Source: Spongospora subterranea f. sp. subterranea
Lineage: Eukaryota
Direction: 5' to 3'
Length of the DNA stretch: 64,000 nucleotides
Assembly (NCBI GenBank): GCA_049724395.1
Contig: JAUGWO010000115.1
Span: forward strand, 1 to 64,000
The translations under genes were made by a program, and so were the position numbers. The notes under the pieces are model-generated. The model worked only from the letters and a program-made list of their open reading frames with translations. It was not told the origin of the DNA and made no database searches. Shown piece by piece: positions 38,354-51,306 of the stretch; positions within the stretch are counted from its first letter, which is position 1; the number at the start of each line of letters is the position of its first letter.

Positions 38354-41300
38354 ATGACGTCCTCGAATGATGGCGACCGCGTCGACTGCAGATGGATCGA
38401 GCGAGAAGCGACCCTTGACAAGTTGCGGGACGTTTCAGAGTTCCTGAATGATCGTGAGCGTCCATGGTTTCACAGGTTTCGAAAACCTCTCGGATCACTG
38501 GCAAATCCTGACAAATCGTTTCGAAAGATTTCTTGAGCAATTTCGTCGGATCGAAGTGAAGGCAGGTGGCGTTATAGTGGAGCAAGGCCGTTTGAGAAAA
38601 TCCTACTATGTGATTGAATCAGGCAAGGTCGAGGTCATGACTCGCCTTCCAGATGGCACCAACCACGTCTGCAAACATTTATCGCCATATGACTGTGTAC
38701 GTATCGGTCTCGACCGAATCAGCGTCGAATGACCGGCCCGTTTGCCAACGCATCATGGAAAATCATTGTAGTTTGGTGAATTGGCAACAATCTACCGGCA
38801 ACCTCGGGCTGCTACAGTCACCGCGGCAGAAGATTGTGTGGTCTGGGAGGTTGACGAGGCAAGCATGCAACAATTCCTGATCTGCAACCCGCAACTTGAC
38901 GATGGGTTCAGTCAGAAACGCCGATACAGGTTGGATTTTCTCATCACAGCATAGCGATCAGTTTAAACGATTATCCCGGAACGATGAGAGTAGGTTAGAA
39001 CAGTTATCTATTCGAGCCAATAGTTTAGTTTACCCAATTTCCGTCTGAATAACCGTTGCACCCGTCGTTATTTTCATCTTAAACAATTCTGATTCGTATT
39101 CGCGACCTCCAGGCAGGCACTGTCCAGAGTGCACTGGTTTTTACCAATCATCCATGACGAGATTAAAGTAGAAGCCGTCAAAATCACGGTCAATTCTTGG
39201 GAAGCCTTTAACCATGACTTGTAGGTCCGAGAACTAATAGAAGCATTCCAAAGCGAAGAATTTGCAGAAGGAGAAATTGTTCTAAAACAAGGGGACAACG
39301 CCATTGATGGCAAATTCTACGTTGTTCTCGAAGGGCAATGTGAGGTTATGGTAAAGAAAGGGGATAAACCTCCCGCGTCCATCGCTCGTCTGGGGGCAGG
39401 CGACTCGTTCGGCGAGTTGGCGCTAATGAGGCGCGGCTCGTTGCGGAACGCCACAATTCAGTGTGCGGAACGCACCACGCTGTTATCGATTGGCAGGCGA
39501 CAATTTCACAGGTTAGCAAGGAAAGGATGGTTAGTCAGTAGTACTCCCGATATTCACAACCTCATGTCGTTGAATCATGTATCAAGCTCCCGTCTATGGT
39601 CGAACTTTGCCGAAAACGCTAGTGTGGTTGTCGATGGTGAAAGGTTCATTAATATGCAGGTTCGGCGATCTTATATCATGCTTCCAACTGCTTCTTTTCA
39701 TATCTGAAGGGTCTGCCAGGATTTGGGCAGAATTCTGCTGCAAGGTGACAGATCTGACGATGCATCTCTGGTTAGCCTGATCTTCGAAGCTGCAAAAGAG
39801 CGAACACAGAAGATCATGTCGTGGCCAGAGTTTGTAATCTTGACCGGGCTTCTGCATCGAGAAAATTCACACCTGCAGTTGGCGTTCATGTTCGCCGATC
39901 GAAACCAAGACGGATTTGTGACTCGTGAAGAGTTTAGAGATGCGATGGCTCAGCTAACGGCCCAGCAAAAGCGATTTGCAGGAATTTCCCAAAACAATAC
40001 GAATTTGAAATCGGTTAACTTTGAAGTGTGTCTTTCAAATTGAAAAGTTTTTAATCGCAATTTCAGGCTGAAAGCGAGATGGAGCACTTGTTCGATGAGA
40101 TGTTTGAGGGGTCCGATAGTCTAACTTTTGATGAATTTTCGACAATGCTGCAAAAGGAAAAACGCCCTATCTGCCATGGTGAAAGTCTGGGATGACGTTG
40201 TACTGCGGATGAAATCGACATCTGCCAATTGGTATGCCCAAATTACCATAAATACTTCTTTCTAATGGCTGAGAACAGGTTTGTGTCTGCAATTGAAGTC
40301 GGGTTTGAATCTGATTTTCCGGCGTCGCTCGCTTCCCCTGTGAACGTCGACGATAACACTCATCGGCCTTGGCTCTACTTAACCAGCGGTGCTATTGCAG
40401 GCGCGGTTAGCCGAACTTGCGTATCACCGCTGATCAGGTTGAAGATGATCATGCAAACAGGAAAGTCTCCTCCTTCTGGCGTTATTTCTGGCTTGCGGTG
40501 TTGGTTAAAACCAAAATCAAACGTTATTTTACATATCTCACCGTAGTGTCTTAAAGCAATGTACGTTAAAGATGGGTTCCGTGGTTTATTCCAAGGAAAT
40601 GGGTCGAATATTCTTAGAATAGCGCCGACAACAGCGCTGCAGTTTCTGTTTTTTGAGACCATAAAAAGTTGGATGAATCAAGGCGATAATGGGAGGCCTC
40701 TTTCCGTTCCCGAAAGACTGTCAGTTTTGTGAATGTAATTGCCGTTAATTCGAAATAATCCTGTATTCAGTATAGGAGGGGGATTTGCTGGTATGGGGGC
40801 GGCAATTCTCACATATCCATTAGGTAAGTTAGCTTGAGCCTTTTTATATCAAAACATATAAAGATCATCCATAGATTTCATCAGAGCGCGACTGACAATT
40901 CAGTCAGCTGCAGATAAAAAGTACAACGGCATCATTCATGGCATCAATGTTGTCATCAAAACAGAAGGTTGTCCAGAGCAATCTGTGTCTGTTTCAATAA
41001 GTTAAATATCTATCAGGGTATTCCGCTTTATTTCGAGGGTTATGGCCAACTATACTCGGTGTATTTCCCTACATTGGCATTGATTTCGCTGTTTTTGAAA
41101 CTCTGAAGCCCCTAATGCCCTGCAATGAAACATCAAACGGGCGCCGGGGAAGCACAACAGCTGGTATATGAGCGTATCGCGTCTTCACCAGGATCGGTTA
41201 AATGTTGATAAGGTGGATTATTACTTGCTGGAGGCGTCGCGGGACTGATATCACAGACACTTGCGGTTTCCACTAGAACTTGTCAGGAGAAGATTACAAG

Positions 41301-41545
41301 TAATAGATAACTTGATTCGTGAAATGGCTCGGCAATAATATATGGGAAATCAGGTACAAGGATTCACAGAGTGCTCATACGGTTATAACGGAGGGGTCTT
41401 CGATGCTCTACAAAAGACTGTAGCTCGGGATGGGTTTTCCGGTCTGTATAGAGGGATGAGCGCCAATATGGTCAAAGCCGTTCCGTCCATATCAATTTCT
41501 TTCTTTGTCTACGAACGTTGCAAGGCGTCATTTGATTTACAATAA
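38354..41545 (+). CDS. Predicted fusion of two cNMP-binding domains, an EF-hand region and a mitochondrial carrier (SLC25)
   Basis: FGELATIYRQPRAATV and FGELALMRRGSLRNATI cassettes; DRNQDGFVTREE EF-hand; three carrier repeats (PLIRLK, PLDFIR, PLELVR); phase-compatible introns; 1-nt indels at 40158-40162 and 41265-41266. Confidence 0.82.
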
Positions 41546-41594
41546 ATTTGGTAGGACAGAAGAGGTGGAGCGTGACATGGATGACAACATAATT

Positions 41595-42801
41595 TCAACA
41601 GATCACCCTCTTGAAGGGTCCCTCGTTTTTATCGGTATTATCGCATGGCCTTGTTCTGCGCTTATAAAGTACAGGCGGTAATTCGTACAGCAAACTGTCC
41701 AATGTTGCTTGAATAACGCCGGAGTTGATTTTTTGGGCAAGTGAACGATCCCTCAGCTTGTTCAGCACCGACCAATCTCTACTGATGCTTTCTATTGTAG
41801 TTCTGGATATTAATCCTACTTCCCAAAGCCGTAGGACGTTATGCTCGTAGAGTGTCCACTCCGGCAACTGCAACGCTCTTTGCAAAGATATTTGTTTTGT
41901 TGTAACCAGGCGAAATAGTTCGGCTTGCTCGCAAGCAACGCTTGTCGCCAACGATAGCTTCTTCGCCTCTGTGAACGAAAGCCATCCGCCAATTATGTAT
42001 TGCCAGACGAAGTCACTTTTAATGCGAATAGATTCCGGAATGGTCAAACTTGCGATCTGATGGAGCGACGCTCGTCTTTGTGTAATCAGAGTGCATAAAC
42101 GCTCACTTGCCAGATTCTGAAGCCCTCCTCGCATCAATGATCGCCCTGCACTCAAGCTAGTTTGCACCAGATCTGTGAACGTAACAACCCCGCTTTTCAG
42201 CAAGTTTCTAACTGTGGCGGATCTCATTGAAAACATGGCTTGCAATAGCGACGAGCGCGAGTACGATGCTGCTAATAGGTCCAAAACGTCTTGTAAGGTG
42301 AAGCAGGCAGCTCTGTGAACCCAGATCTATGGAGCCAGTTGACAAAACTTAACGATTCACTGTTTGCCAACTTACTAAATTCTGTATATTGTCATTTTGA
42401 TATGCCATGATCTTATCCAGGGCTTCCAACTGATCGGCAGATGACCTATGTTCTCCTGAGTACTAGATATAATGGCTTTTTGACAACAATCACCATTTCA
42501 GCATCCAGATAGTGAATACACCAGCTCTAAGTAAAATGTTGAGGGTGGGGTTATTGTAAACGAAACAACGTTGCTCTTCATTTAGCATCAGCCAATCATC
42601 ATTTTTCAGAAACATATATTCCGGGCGACGTTTCAGTGGTTGGTCAATAAACGTTGCAATTGAAGATGATTTCGTAAATTGGCGCCAGAGGTTTGCTTTA
42701 GTGGCGGCATGTCTCCATTCGATGCAAACTCCAGCTGCCCGCACCAGGTCAACGGGGTCGAGTAGTTCTAGTAGGACGGTAAGGGCATCGCGACAAATCA
42801 T
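41595..42801 (-). CDS. F-box protein, three exons
   Basis: DALTVLLELLDPVDLVRAAGVCIEWR...LWR F-box; two short introns join the ORFs in frame. Confidence 0.75.
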
Positions 42802-43280
42802 GATTGTGGTGTTCGGCTTAATAACCCAAAACCGGTTTGGTAGCGATTACGATCGGTAACAACCAAGCGTACCTATATTGATTAGAGCATGCAGATTCAA
42901 CACGAAATGTAACATGGGCATGTGTGCCGAAACATTACTCCAGTGTAAACATCGGCCGTTACCTGCAATTGCAGTGAATTTCACGACACACAGTGAGCTC
43001 CAAGAATGAGATCATGATATGATAACAGTGTGCCCTAATACGATACTGAGATCCGTTTCTGGGATGGAGTGTAACGAGATCGAAATGAACGTCAATAGAG
43101 GTAACAGTGTCTTCATATCTGATTGAATTACTATTATAGTCCAGTTTGTAATGAGCTCATTGCTTAATTGATGTGGACGGTTCCCAAAAGGTAGAAGGAA
43201 GAACCGAGCACGCTCAGGCCGCCAATCAAAATACTACATTCAGATTTTGTACAGAATTAGCTTTTTATTGACTTGATGCT

Positions 43281-44809
43281 TCATTTAATGCGGATGGTTC
43301 GCAACAGGTAAACGGAAGAGCCGACCACGGTTAGGGCACCAATCTGGTGCAAGGCACCGAGCTCGACCGGCACGTACGTCAGCAAAGTCGCGATTCCTAG
43401 TCCTGCTTGGGTCGCAACCGCTCCCATCATCATCGAAGCTGCCTTGACTGTAGAGGGATGCAGCGTCGGTGTTCGCTTGGTCATGATGAATAGACCGCAA
43501 ACAGTTGCAAATGACGCCATTGCCAATATTCGATGTTCAAACTGAACCAGCGACGGATTCTGCGAATCCTAAGAAAAACCCGCAATTGAGACAAATCGTA
43601 TTACCTCGAAGCAATTTCTCCATGGAGTTGAAACCAAAAATGGACTGAAGATATCGTCGGGGACGATTCCTTCTCCCATGAAAGGGAATTCATTGTAAAT
43701 TAACCCAGCATGGTTGCCGGCGACCTACGGGATCGATGAACTAATAGGGGAATAACCCACATTTGGCTTACGAATGCCCCAGATACAGCAGTAATAGCAA
43801 CGAGATGAGTAGCTGCAATAGCCAAAGAGCGGTACCTTCGTGGCGCCAAGTATCTAACGGTTCCAACACGTTCGCCGATCGCCGTATGGAGCAATGCAGC
43901 AAATATTGCAAACCCCGATGTCAAATGGGTAGCCAGACGATATGGACTAACGCGAGGAACTCCAAAGTCAGCTGGCTGTTCGGTAAGTCCAGATTTCACC
44001 ATCCACCTAACCACACTTCAATGCACTATTGATCCATGGCAGCAACCGACCATCCAATTAAGCCCTGGGCACCTCCAGCTGCCAGCAAGGCCGTTAATTT
44101 CATCCCTAATGGACGGGAAATAGCCCCACGCAGACCAAAATATGCAAAGGGCAGGGCGAAGGCAACGCCGATCGCCCGACCGAGCATGCGATGGCCCCAT
44201 TCCATATAGTAGATTGACTTGAAATCCTCGACATTCATCCAATTGTGAACTCTGATGACACGTCAACGTAAAAACTGAATTGACAGGTAGCATTTTTTAC
44301 TTCTGGTATTCCGGAAACTGTTTGTACTTATTGAATTCCGCTTCCCAAGCCTCTGCGGATAATGGAGGGAAACTGCCTTGCACTTTCCAATCCACCTGAA
44401 GATCATCAGCACGACCATCTCAAAAGCTCAGCTTTGGCCCACCATTGAAAGACCGGACTTGGTCAATCTGACAACGGTCAACCGCTTAAAAACGAGATGT
44501 CATACGATCGCTACCTTGTAATTCCACCCAAAACAACCATGCCGAATACAAGACCAGAACAGCCGAACAACCCTATTTCCGAATTTCTGTCAAAAATCGC
44601 ATTCGGAAACTAAGGTGATCGCTTCTATCACAGTTCGAGATCGCGTTTGAAGGTTCAATTGTTTTCGTGTACGACTTGACTGTTGCTGACCCAGCATCGG
44701 CGATTGCTAAGCTGAACGGCCTGACAGTCGTTTGGGGGATCAAAGGCCAGCGTTGAATCGGCAGGCGAAATGTCAACCGTCTTGCGCAAAACGCCATATT
44801 GCTCGCCAT
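43281..44809 (-). CDS. COX15: Heme A synthase COX15, spliced
   Basis: Presequence-like start; GGITRLT.SGLSM, EF.KYKQFPEY, FKSIYYMEWGHRMLGRAIG, WMVKSGL, VSPYRLATHL, LGIATLL.YVP..LGALHQ.GA. Confidence 0.95.
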
Positions 44810-45005
44810 CAAATCGATAAACTCGCCGGTGTGTGGGAATGTGTCGCCGTCCGCTGTTCTCCGTGACTGCTGTTCCTTCACTGCACCCGACCTACACCTC
44901 TGATCCGTGCTCGAGGTTTCCAGCGATGCCGCTCATTGAATGATCGAAATTGAAAATCAGGCTTAAGCACTTGTTGCACTAAGAAACTAGATCAACTCTC
45001 AGCAN

Positions 45006-45007
45006 NG
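45006..45007. other. Two ambiguous bases (NN)
   Basis: agcannggag. Confidence 0.99.
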
Positions 45008-45118
45008 GAGACGATTTCCCTAGTAGGGAAACCCGATAACTATTGATGTTTCTCTTTAAAAAAAAGCACATTACGAGTTCGATACAGCAACAAAATCCAC
45101 AATTAATAAATTCTTGCT

Positions 45119-46296
45119 TTATAATTTTATCTTGAGAGTTGATGAATGCTGTATGACGTCTCGGATAGTGCGGATAGTGCCCGAAGCCGAAGCCCGATCC
45201 AGAACGCTGCATGTTAGGACAGTGACCTGCTCGGCGCCCGACCTCGTCACCCGACTCAAGAACGTTGACTTTAAGAATGCAATCGCTTTCGATGGGTTCT
45301 GGTCATCCTGAACAAACAAACGCATTTAAGCAACATCGGCAAACGTGACCACAGCAAACTGACAGCAAATTGAGGGAACAAATTTGTTAAGGAGTATTTC
45401 CTCATTGTTTGAGGCAGAAGATCGATTTTTGTAAAAACAACTATCACTGGAACTCCAATGCAATTACGGCAGTTGACGAGCTCTTCGAACACTGCTAACG
45501 ATTCTAGAAGGCGATTTGCTGTAGGATCCTCTTCAAGCGACTCCTGGAAATCCCCGATTGACGCCAGAAACACGATCGCGCCCAGGTTATGGAAACACGG
45601 AAGCCATTTTTTGCGTTCGGCGCGGCGTCCACCCACGTCCAGGAACTGGATTGGTTTGCCAGCCACTTCGACGTTGGCCTCAGTGATTCCGGACGATCGC
45701 ACAGTACAGTGCAGATAATCGGCAGAAGTCGGCACATAGCCTACTTCAGTAACGCTTCCAACCTTGTCGAGAAAATACGCCACCGATGATGGAATCGATG
45801 TGGCAATCTGCGATCGGAGTTTGTAAGTGTTGCGGATAGAGGGGCTGGCCCAAAGCCTGGCGATGTGCCGGCCCATCTTGACGCTTAATACATCGTCATG
45901 TCGTAATGTATCCATAACATATATGGCAGAGCGAGCAATGTTGCCATCTGAGGGCAACGCAGTCCCCAGCGTTGGATGAGTTATTGCCAGCTCTTTGGCC
46001 GCCTCCACTAACGCTTTGATGCCAATTATGATGATTCCGTGGATAACGCTGCGTATCACTTGGAGATCCTTGTTGGACCAGGAGCGAGTTTGAATTTGCC
46101 GAAATAGGGTTGTTTTCCCAGCACCGCCAACGCCTAATATGAGGACACGCTTGGTGGTTGACGGCGATGGCCGCGGCTGGCCATCGCGCTTTCTATGAGT
46201 TCGTCGAGAAGAAGTCGTGACCGAGCCAGCATCACCAAAACGTGATGACGACCGGGCGGTTGGCGTTAGCAACGCGCCGCAGAATAGACTTGGCAT
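45119..46296 (-). CDS. Divergent heterotrimeric G-protein alpha subunit, two exons
   Basis: LILGVGGAGKTTLFRQI, LW..PSI, YFLD, Y.PT..D.L, DVGGRRAERKKW..CF, NRL.ESL..F, TKID, TCS..D; intron about 45310-45362. Confidence 0.92.
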
Positions 46297-47107
46297 GCGA
46301 CTCCCGTTTAAATATCGAATATATTAAGTAATACGGCAATAACGATAGTGCACGAACTGGGGAAAGAACGCTCAGGAGTCACTGTCGCGTGAGTCAAATC
46401 CAGGGACAATGGATTAAACCTGCGGGCTGGATGGTTGAATTCGAACAAAAACGAGACGGGATTCGAAGGCGATGGTGGTTGTGAAAACAACTGCGCGACG
46501 CACACCGATCTGTACAGGGTTCGCGCCGCCTTTCAGTGAAAGTGAAATAATTACGCGCCTGACTTGACCCAAATCGGCACTTTTGTAAACCTGCCTGGTG
46601 ATGACGAAAACGGGTCTATGACGTAATTTGAATTTGCACCCGATACCGTCGGCCGATATTATATTAACGGCCGACTGTTCGCTGTGACGAATAAAGGGGC
46701 TCGTCTGGTCGTCTCCGTGATTTTCATTAATCACCGCGCTAATACTAATGATCCGTTTTTTTCACATCTATGATGCCGCAATACCATCATTACCAAAAAA
46801 AGTTGCTCCTGTAGAGTCAAATCGGTATTATTATCCCGTTCAAAGCGGTCGATTGTTGCGATATGATCCTGTGGTTTAGGAATAGGGCTCTGGCAATGAC
46901 CCATGTGACGTATTGACATGCGACAGAGGTTTCATAAGGAGGTTGCTTCATGAAATGGATCAACCCAGTTGTTGGCGTTAGACGAATCCCGCATCGCAAT
47001 GAAATCTATACACTGCTCTGAGATGAAACAGCGTAAAGGGAATGTGATCATCATCAGGAGTTCCCCTAGCAGCAATACATGAGAGGCGTTCAGTAACATG
47101 TATATTG

Positions 47108-47665
47108 ATCGTTACACATAAGGGTACTACTGTACGAGGTTCACTGTTGCAATGCGTTCATCGTTACACATAAGGGTACTACTACTGTACGAGGTTCACT
47201 GTTGCAATGCGTTCATCGTTACACATAAGGGTACTACTACTGTACGAGGTTCACTGTTGCAATGCGTTCATCGTTACACATAAGGGTACTACTACTGTAC
47301 GAGGTTCACTGTTGCAATGCGTTCATCGTTACACATAAGGGTACTACTACTGTACGAGGTTCACTGTTGCAATGCGTTCATCGTTACACATAAGGGTACT
47401 ACTACTGTACGAGGTTCACTGTTGCAATGCGTTCATCGTTACACATAAGGGTACTACTACTGTACGAGGTTCACTGTTGCAATGCGTTCATCGTTACACA
47501 TAAGGGTACTACTACTGTACGAGGTTCACTGTTGCAATGCGTTCATCGTTACACATAAGGGTACTACTACTGTACGAGGTTCACTGTTGCAATGCGTTCA
47601 TCGTTACACATAAGGGTACTACTACTGTACGAGGTTCACTGTTGCAATGCGTTCATCGTTACACA
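47108..47665. repeat. 55-bp tandem array: one 52-bp variant, nine identical units and an 11-bp partial
   Basis: Unit atcgttacacataagggtactactactgtacgaggttcactgttgcaatgcgttc; full units start every 55 nt from 47160. Confidence 0.98.
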
Positions 47666-48249
47666 ATGAGAGGTGTGTAATAGAGCATCAACAATCGACG
47701 TAATGTCCGAAACGATTAAGAAACGCAATGGTTTGGCCAGAGATGTGGTCACAATTAACCGTTCCATCATGGGCAGCCTAGAACGTCGTCTCGATGGTCC
47801 ACCGAGTTCAACAAGGAATACAATTTATCATGTTTTGTACGATTATCGCCTTCATTTCCGCCTACGTGTTCCAGGTGTCATGGCGAATTCTAGGCACAGT
47901 ATTTAAGAAACCCCAATTCCTTGGAACCTCCTTGGCACGATTTGTGTATGGAGATTGATTTTCATTTCTTTCCGCGTGCGCACCGCCAATCGTAGGGACA
48001 TAAAACAAAAACTCTTATTACATCAACGCACAACGTTGCGCTTTAAGTTCGATTTCGATCTAAGGTAGCATTTGAAAACCAGAAATTCGATCACTGCGAA
48101 TCACTGAAGAAAGACAACGGTGCTCTCATTGTGCTGAAAAAGACGCCCTTCATGAAAATCCTAGACCACTTCCGCTTCAGCGAGGAATCCGGCTACAGTT
48201 CCAGCTTCACACGACGACAGTGCACATGAATTGTTTTGGCAGGATTTCA

Positions 48250-49882
48250 GAAGTACATAAAGCGTAATGATACACCTTGCCCTTGGCATTCGGGTGTCTT
48301 TGCATCCTTGCCCAATCGGCGTCGACATTGCTGAGCCATCCCACTGTCGTACCGAAATATCACCTTCTTATAGCCATGCACCGGGATGGCATAGTTTGCA
48401 GTTCGCACGACTCTACAAGGCAGAAATACTAATGAGGAACGCAGAACAAGAATGCTGGCAAGCTCAACCTGATCAACGGCAATTCTGTTCTGATTCTCCA
48501 CCGAAACTTGCATCGCACTCTGTACCACGGTTTGCAAAGGCGAAAACTAGTTGCATTCAACGATGGGCGTCCGCCAGACACCACCGATAGCCTCATCAAT
48601 GATCAGGCTGTGGCAAGGTCGGACCAGCCATTGAAACGTCTTTCCAACAGCCAATTGTCGCCTCCCTTGAAGAAAAAAGCTGGCCGACCTAAAGGAACAA
48701 AGAATATCGATAGAAGCCCAGGTACTACGTATCAATCGTAAGTACATTCCAACAACACCTGCTATATCACTGCGTTGTTGGAGCTTCTGTCTGTATGCAG
48801 TAATCAACTTCCTCCTTCACCTCGTAGGATCTCCAGCATTTCACTATGTATATATAGTCTGATGATTACTTCAGCTCATGTAAACTGCAGGAGCCCAGTT
48901 TTCTTCCGTCTGTTGCAACACTTCAATAATCGTAAAAATACCGTCGATCCCGCACTGACCAAAGAGCTTGCAAAAGGAAGAAATCTCATAACCCAGTGGT
49001 GTATTGAAGTGAAACAGCTTTACAAATCAGGGGAATTTGGTTGCCCGTTCGTTGTCTTATCAAGCATACTTCAAGAAGTTGCTACCGAACCTTGGTTTAC
49101 ACATGTAAAGACAGCTGCTAAGGTTAATCTTTTTTTTGTTCATCTTGTACTCATTTTTTCTTAGAAAACCGTCAAGTGCTGCAAAGGGCACTTACTTGAT
49201 TCTCGTGAATTAATTTGGTCAATCCTGGTGAACTGAACTATTCGGTTCATTGAAAACCGTATTTATTTATATTTTTGACAATAGAAGGTCAGGGACCAAC
49301 AGATAGATTCTAAAAAAACAACAGTGCAGGCGGTGTTGTCAACTTTGATGATGAGGAATTTCACAGGTGCTGTACTCTGCCTGGTTGTGATGCTGTAAGT
49401 GAACACTGATGTCACCAAAAATAGTAGCAATATTAAAATATTGTGATTAGGCGATGCAGATTGAGACCCTGACAATTCAAAAGTCACCTACCTCTGTTAT
49501 GTTTATTTCACTACCCGTTGGTGTTTCAGTTGAGTGTCCTGATGAAGTTCTGTTAAGCGACGAACCCTGGGGTCTTCTGAGAATATCTGCAACAACTGCC
49601 ACAGGTGGGCATTTTTTCGTACACGTTAAAAGGGATGAACCGGGCAAGATGCCAGGATTCTATTATTACGATGACCTTACAAACGGAGGAAGGATGAGAG
49701 ACCAATCACTTTCAAAGCCAACTCTGTTTATGTGGCGTACGGTAAAAAATAAACCTAAGCTTTCTTTTTTAATGCCAACACGAATCGGATTGATGTTATT
49801 GTCAGCATTTCAGAAAATCTCCCCAACAGACCCCAGGATTCGTCGCCCAGAAGGACTTCATAAAGAAAGGGCAGTTAATTGA
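48250..49882 (+). pseudogene. Decayed gene with AT-hook and USP-like cysteine protease motifs, possibly transposon cargo
   Basis: KKKAGRPKG; NNTCYITALLELL near 48751-48790; GGHFFVHV...YYYDD; interrupted frames. Confidence 0.45.
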
Positions 49883-50307
49883 AACACCAACGGGGAACGA
49901 AATATAGGTGACATTTTTACAATACAATCAGGCCACGGGTGGGCAGTTTTTTGCAGGAAAAAAGGGGAAGTTTCCGATCTTATGCTGGCTTAAAACTATT
50001 TCAAGTTAGTGGTACTTGATTCTAATTCAAAAGAAGAAAAAAATGGTTAACCTGAATATGTCTACCTGATCTATGATGTGTTGAGGACAACGTTTTATAC
50101 GCCGGTGAGGGAAAAGGCGGTCGACGTTCGTCAGTAGTTCCCAGTTTTGTTCGCTGAACCGTGCGGTGACAATTGTTCGTTCACGTAAAAAGGATTCTTA
50201 AGCCAACTACGTTGACACGGTACACTCAGGTGTATATAATAATATTTAAATCCCAAATCCACAATGGCAAGTCAAATAAGAAACCACAGTCAGTTTGTGG
50301 CCAGTCT

Positions 50308-50869
50308 ATCCCTGATCCGCACTCCGTATCCGGCATATTATGCCGACTACGATTTTGAACACCTGAGATTGTGTCTGAGGGCACAGGAAGCTTTTTCTAT
50401 GAAACAATGAATCTGGCTTGACTAATTAATGGGCCTACAGAATTGACTGGATCAAAAAGCTGGATCAAAAAGTGCGTGCCAGTCTTTGAATCCAGTCTTT
50501 TCTGTCCAACAGAAAAGAGGATTCAAATCACCAGTCATGACGTTCAAAAGACTGGATTCAATCATTCGAATTAAATCAGAGGCCCCGCCATACAAATGAC
50601 TCAAAGGATTTTCTGCGAAGTGGAACAGGGTTACCACTGCGGGTACGCATTTCTTAATAAATTGTAAATCCCAAATCCCCAAACTGGCAATTATACATTT
50701 TGTGGTTATCACAGCTCTATCATGAAATCTCGATGGAATCCTCCGAATCCCTGATCCGCACTCCGTATCCGGCATATTATGCCGACTACGATTTTGAACA
50801 CCTGAGATTGTGTCTGAGGGCACAGGAAGCTTTTTCTATGAAACAATGAATCTGGCTTGACTAATTAAT
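50308..50869 (+). repeat. 123-bp direct repeat (50308-50430 and 50747-50869)
   Basis: atccctgatccgcactcc...ctggcttgactaattaat occurs twice with no difference seen. Confidence 0.96.
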
Positions 50870-51005
50870 TCTGAACGACACCAAGCTTTAAAAAAAAAAA
50901 CGCGTCGGGTCCGCCCAAACTGGTCGGTGGACACCCCTGGTACGCATTTCTTATAAATCACACAATTATACATTACCACTCAGGTTATCACAGCTTGTTA
51001 TCTCG

Positions 51006-51296
51006 ATGGAATCCTCTTCTCTTTTGTCAACGGTTGAGGAAACCTTCCATGTCTTTAAAAGCCAGATGCACGCAGCAGGGTACAATATTAACAAACGTCG
51101 GTTCAAACGCAACAGCTCCGGTTCCATATACAAGGTATGGCTAGTCTGTCAGCACGGTCGATCCTACTGCAACTCTCGGCCGCTTCTCGACAGCGATACG
51201 CGTATCAAATGTATGAGTACCAATAAAATGAACTGTCCCTGGTCTGCAATAATTCAAGCCAAGAAAATGACCTTACCAAATGGTCGCGGAATGTGA
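51006..51296 (+). pseudogene. FAR1/WRKY-like DNA-binding N-terminus of a MULE transposase
   Basis: AAGYNI...WLVCQHG...TNKMNCPW; truncated at the next element. Confidence 0.65.
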
Positions 51297-51306
51297 TCTG
51301 CGATGA

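Noticed and set aside
23856..46296. Functional cluster (COX20, carrier, COX15; or G-alpha next to the cNMP carrier)
   Set aside because: Genes are mixed with unrelated ones on both strands; chance is sufficient without synteny or co-expression data.
47108..47665. CRISPR-like array
   Set aside because: Units are contiguous and identical with no unique spacers, there are no cas genes, and the context is eukaryotic.
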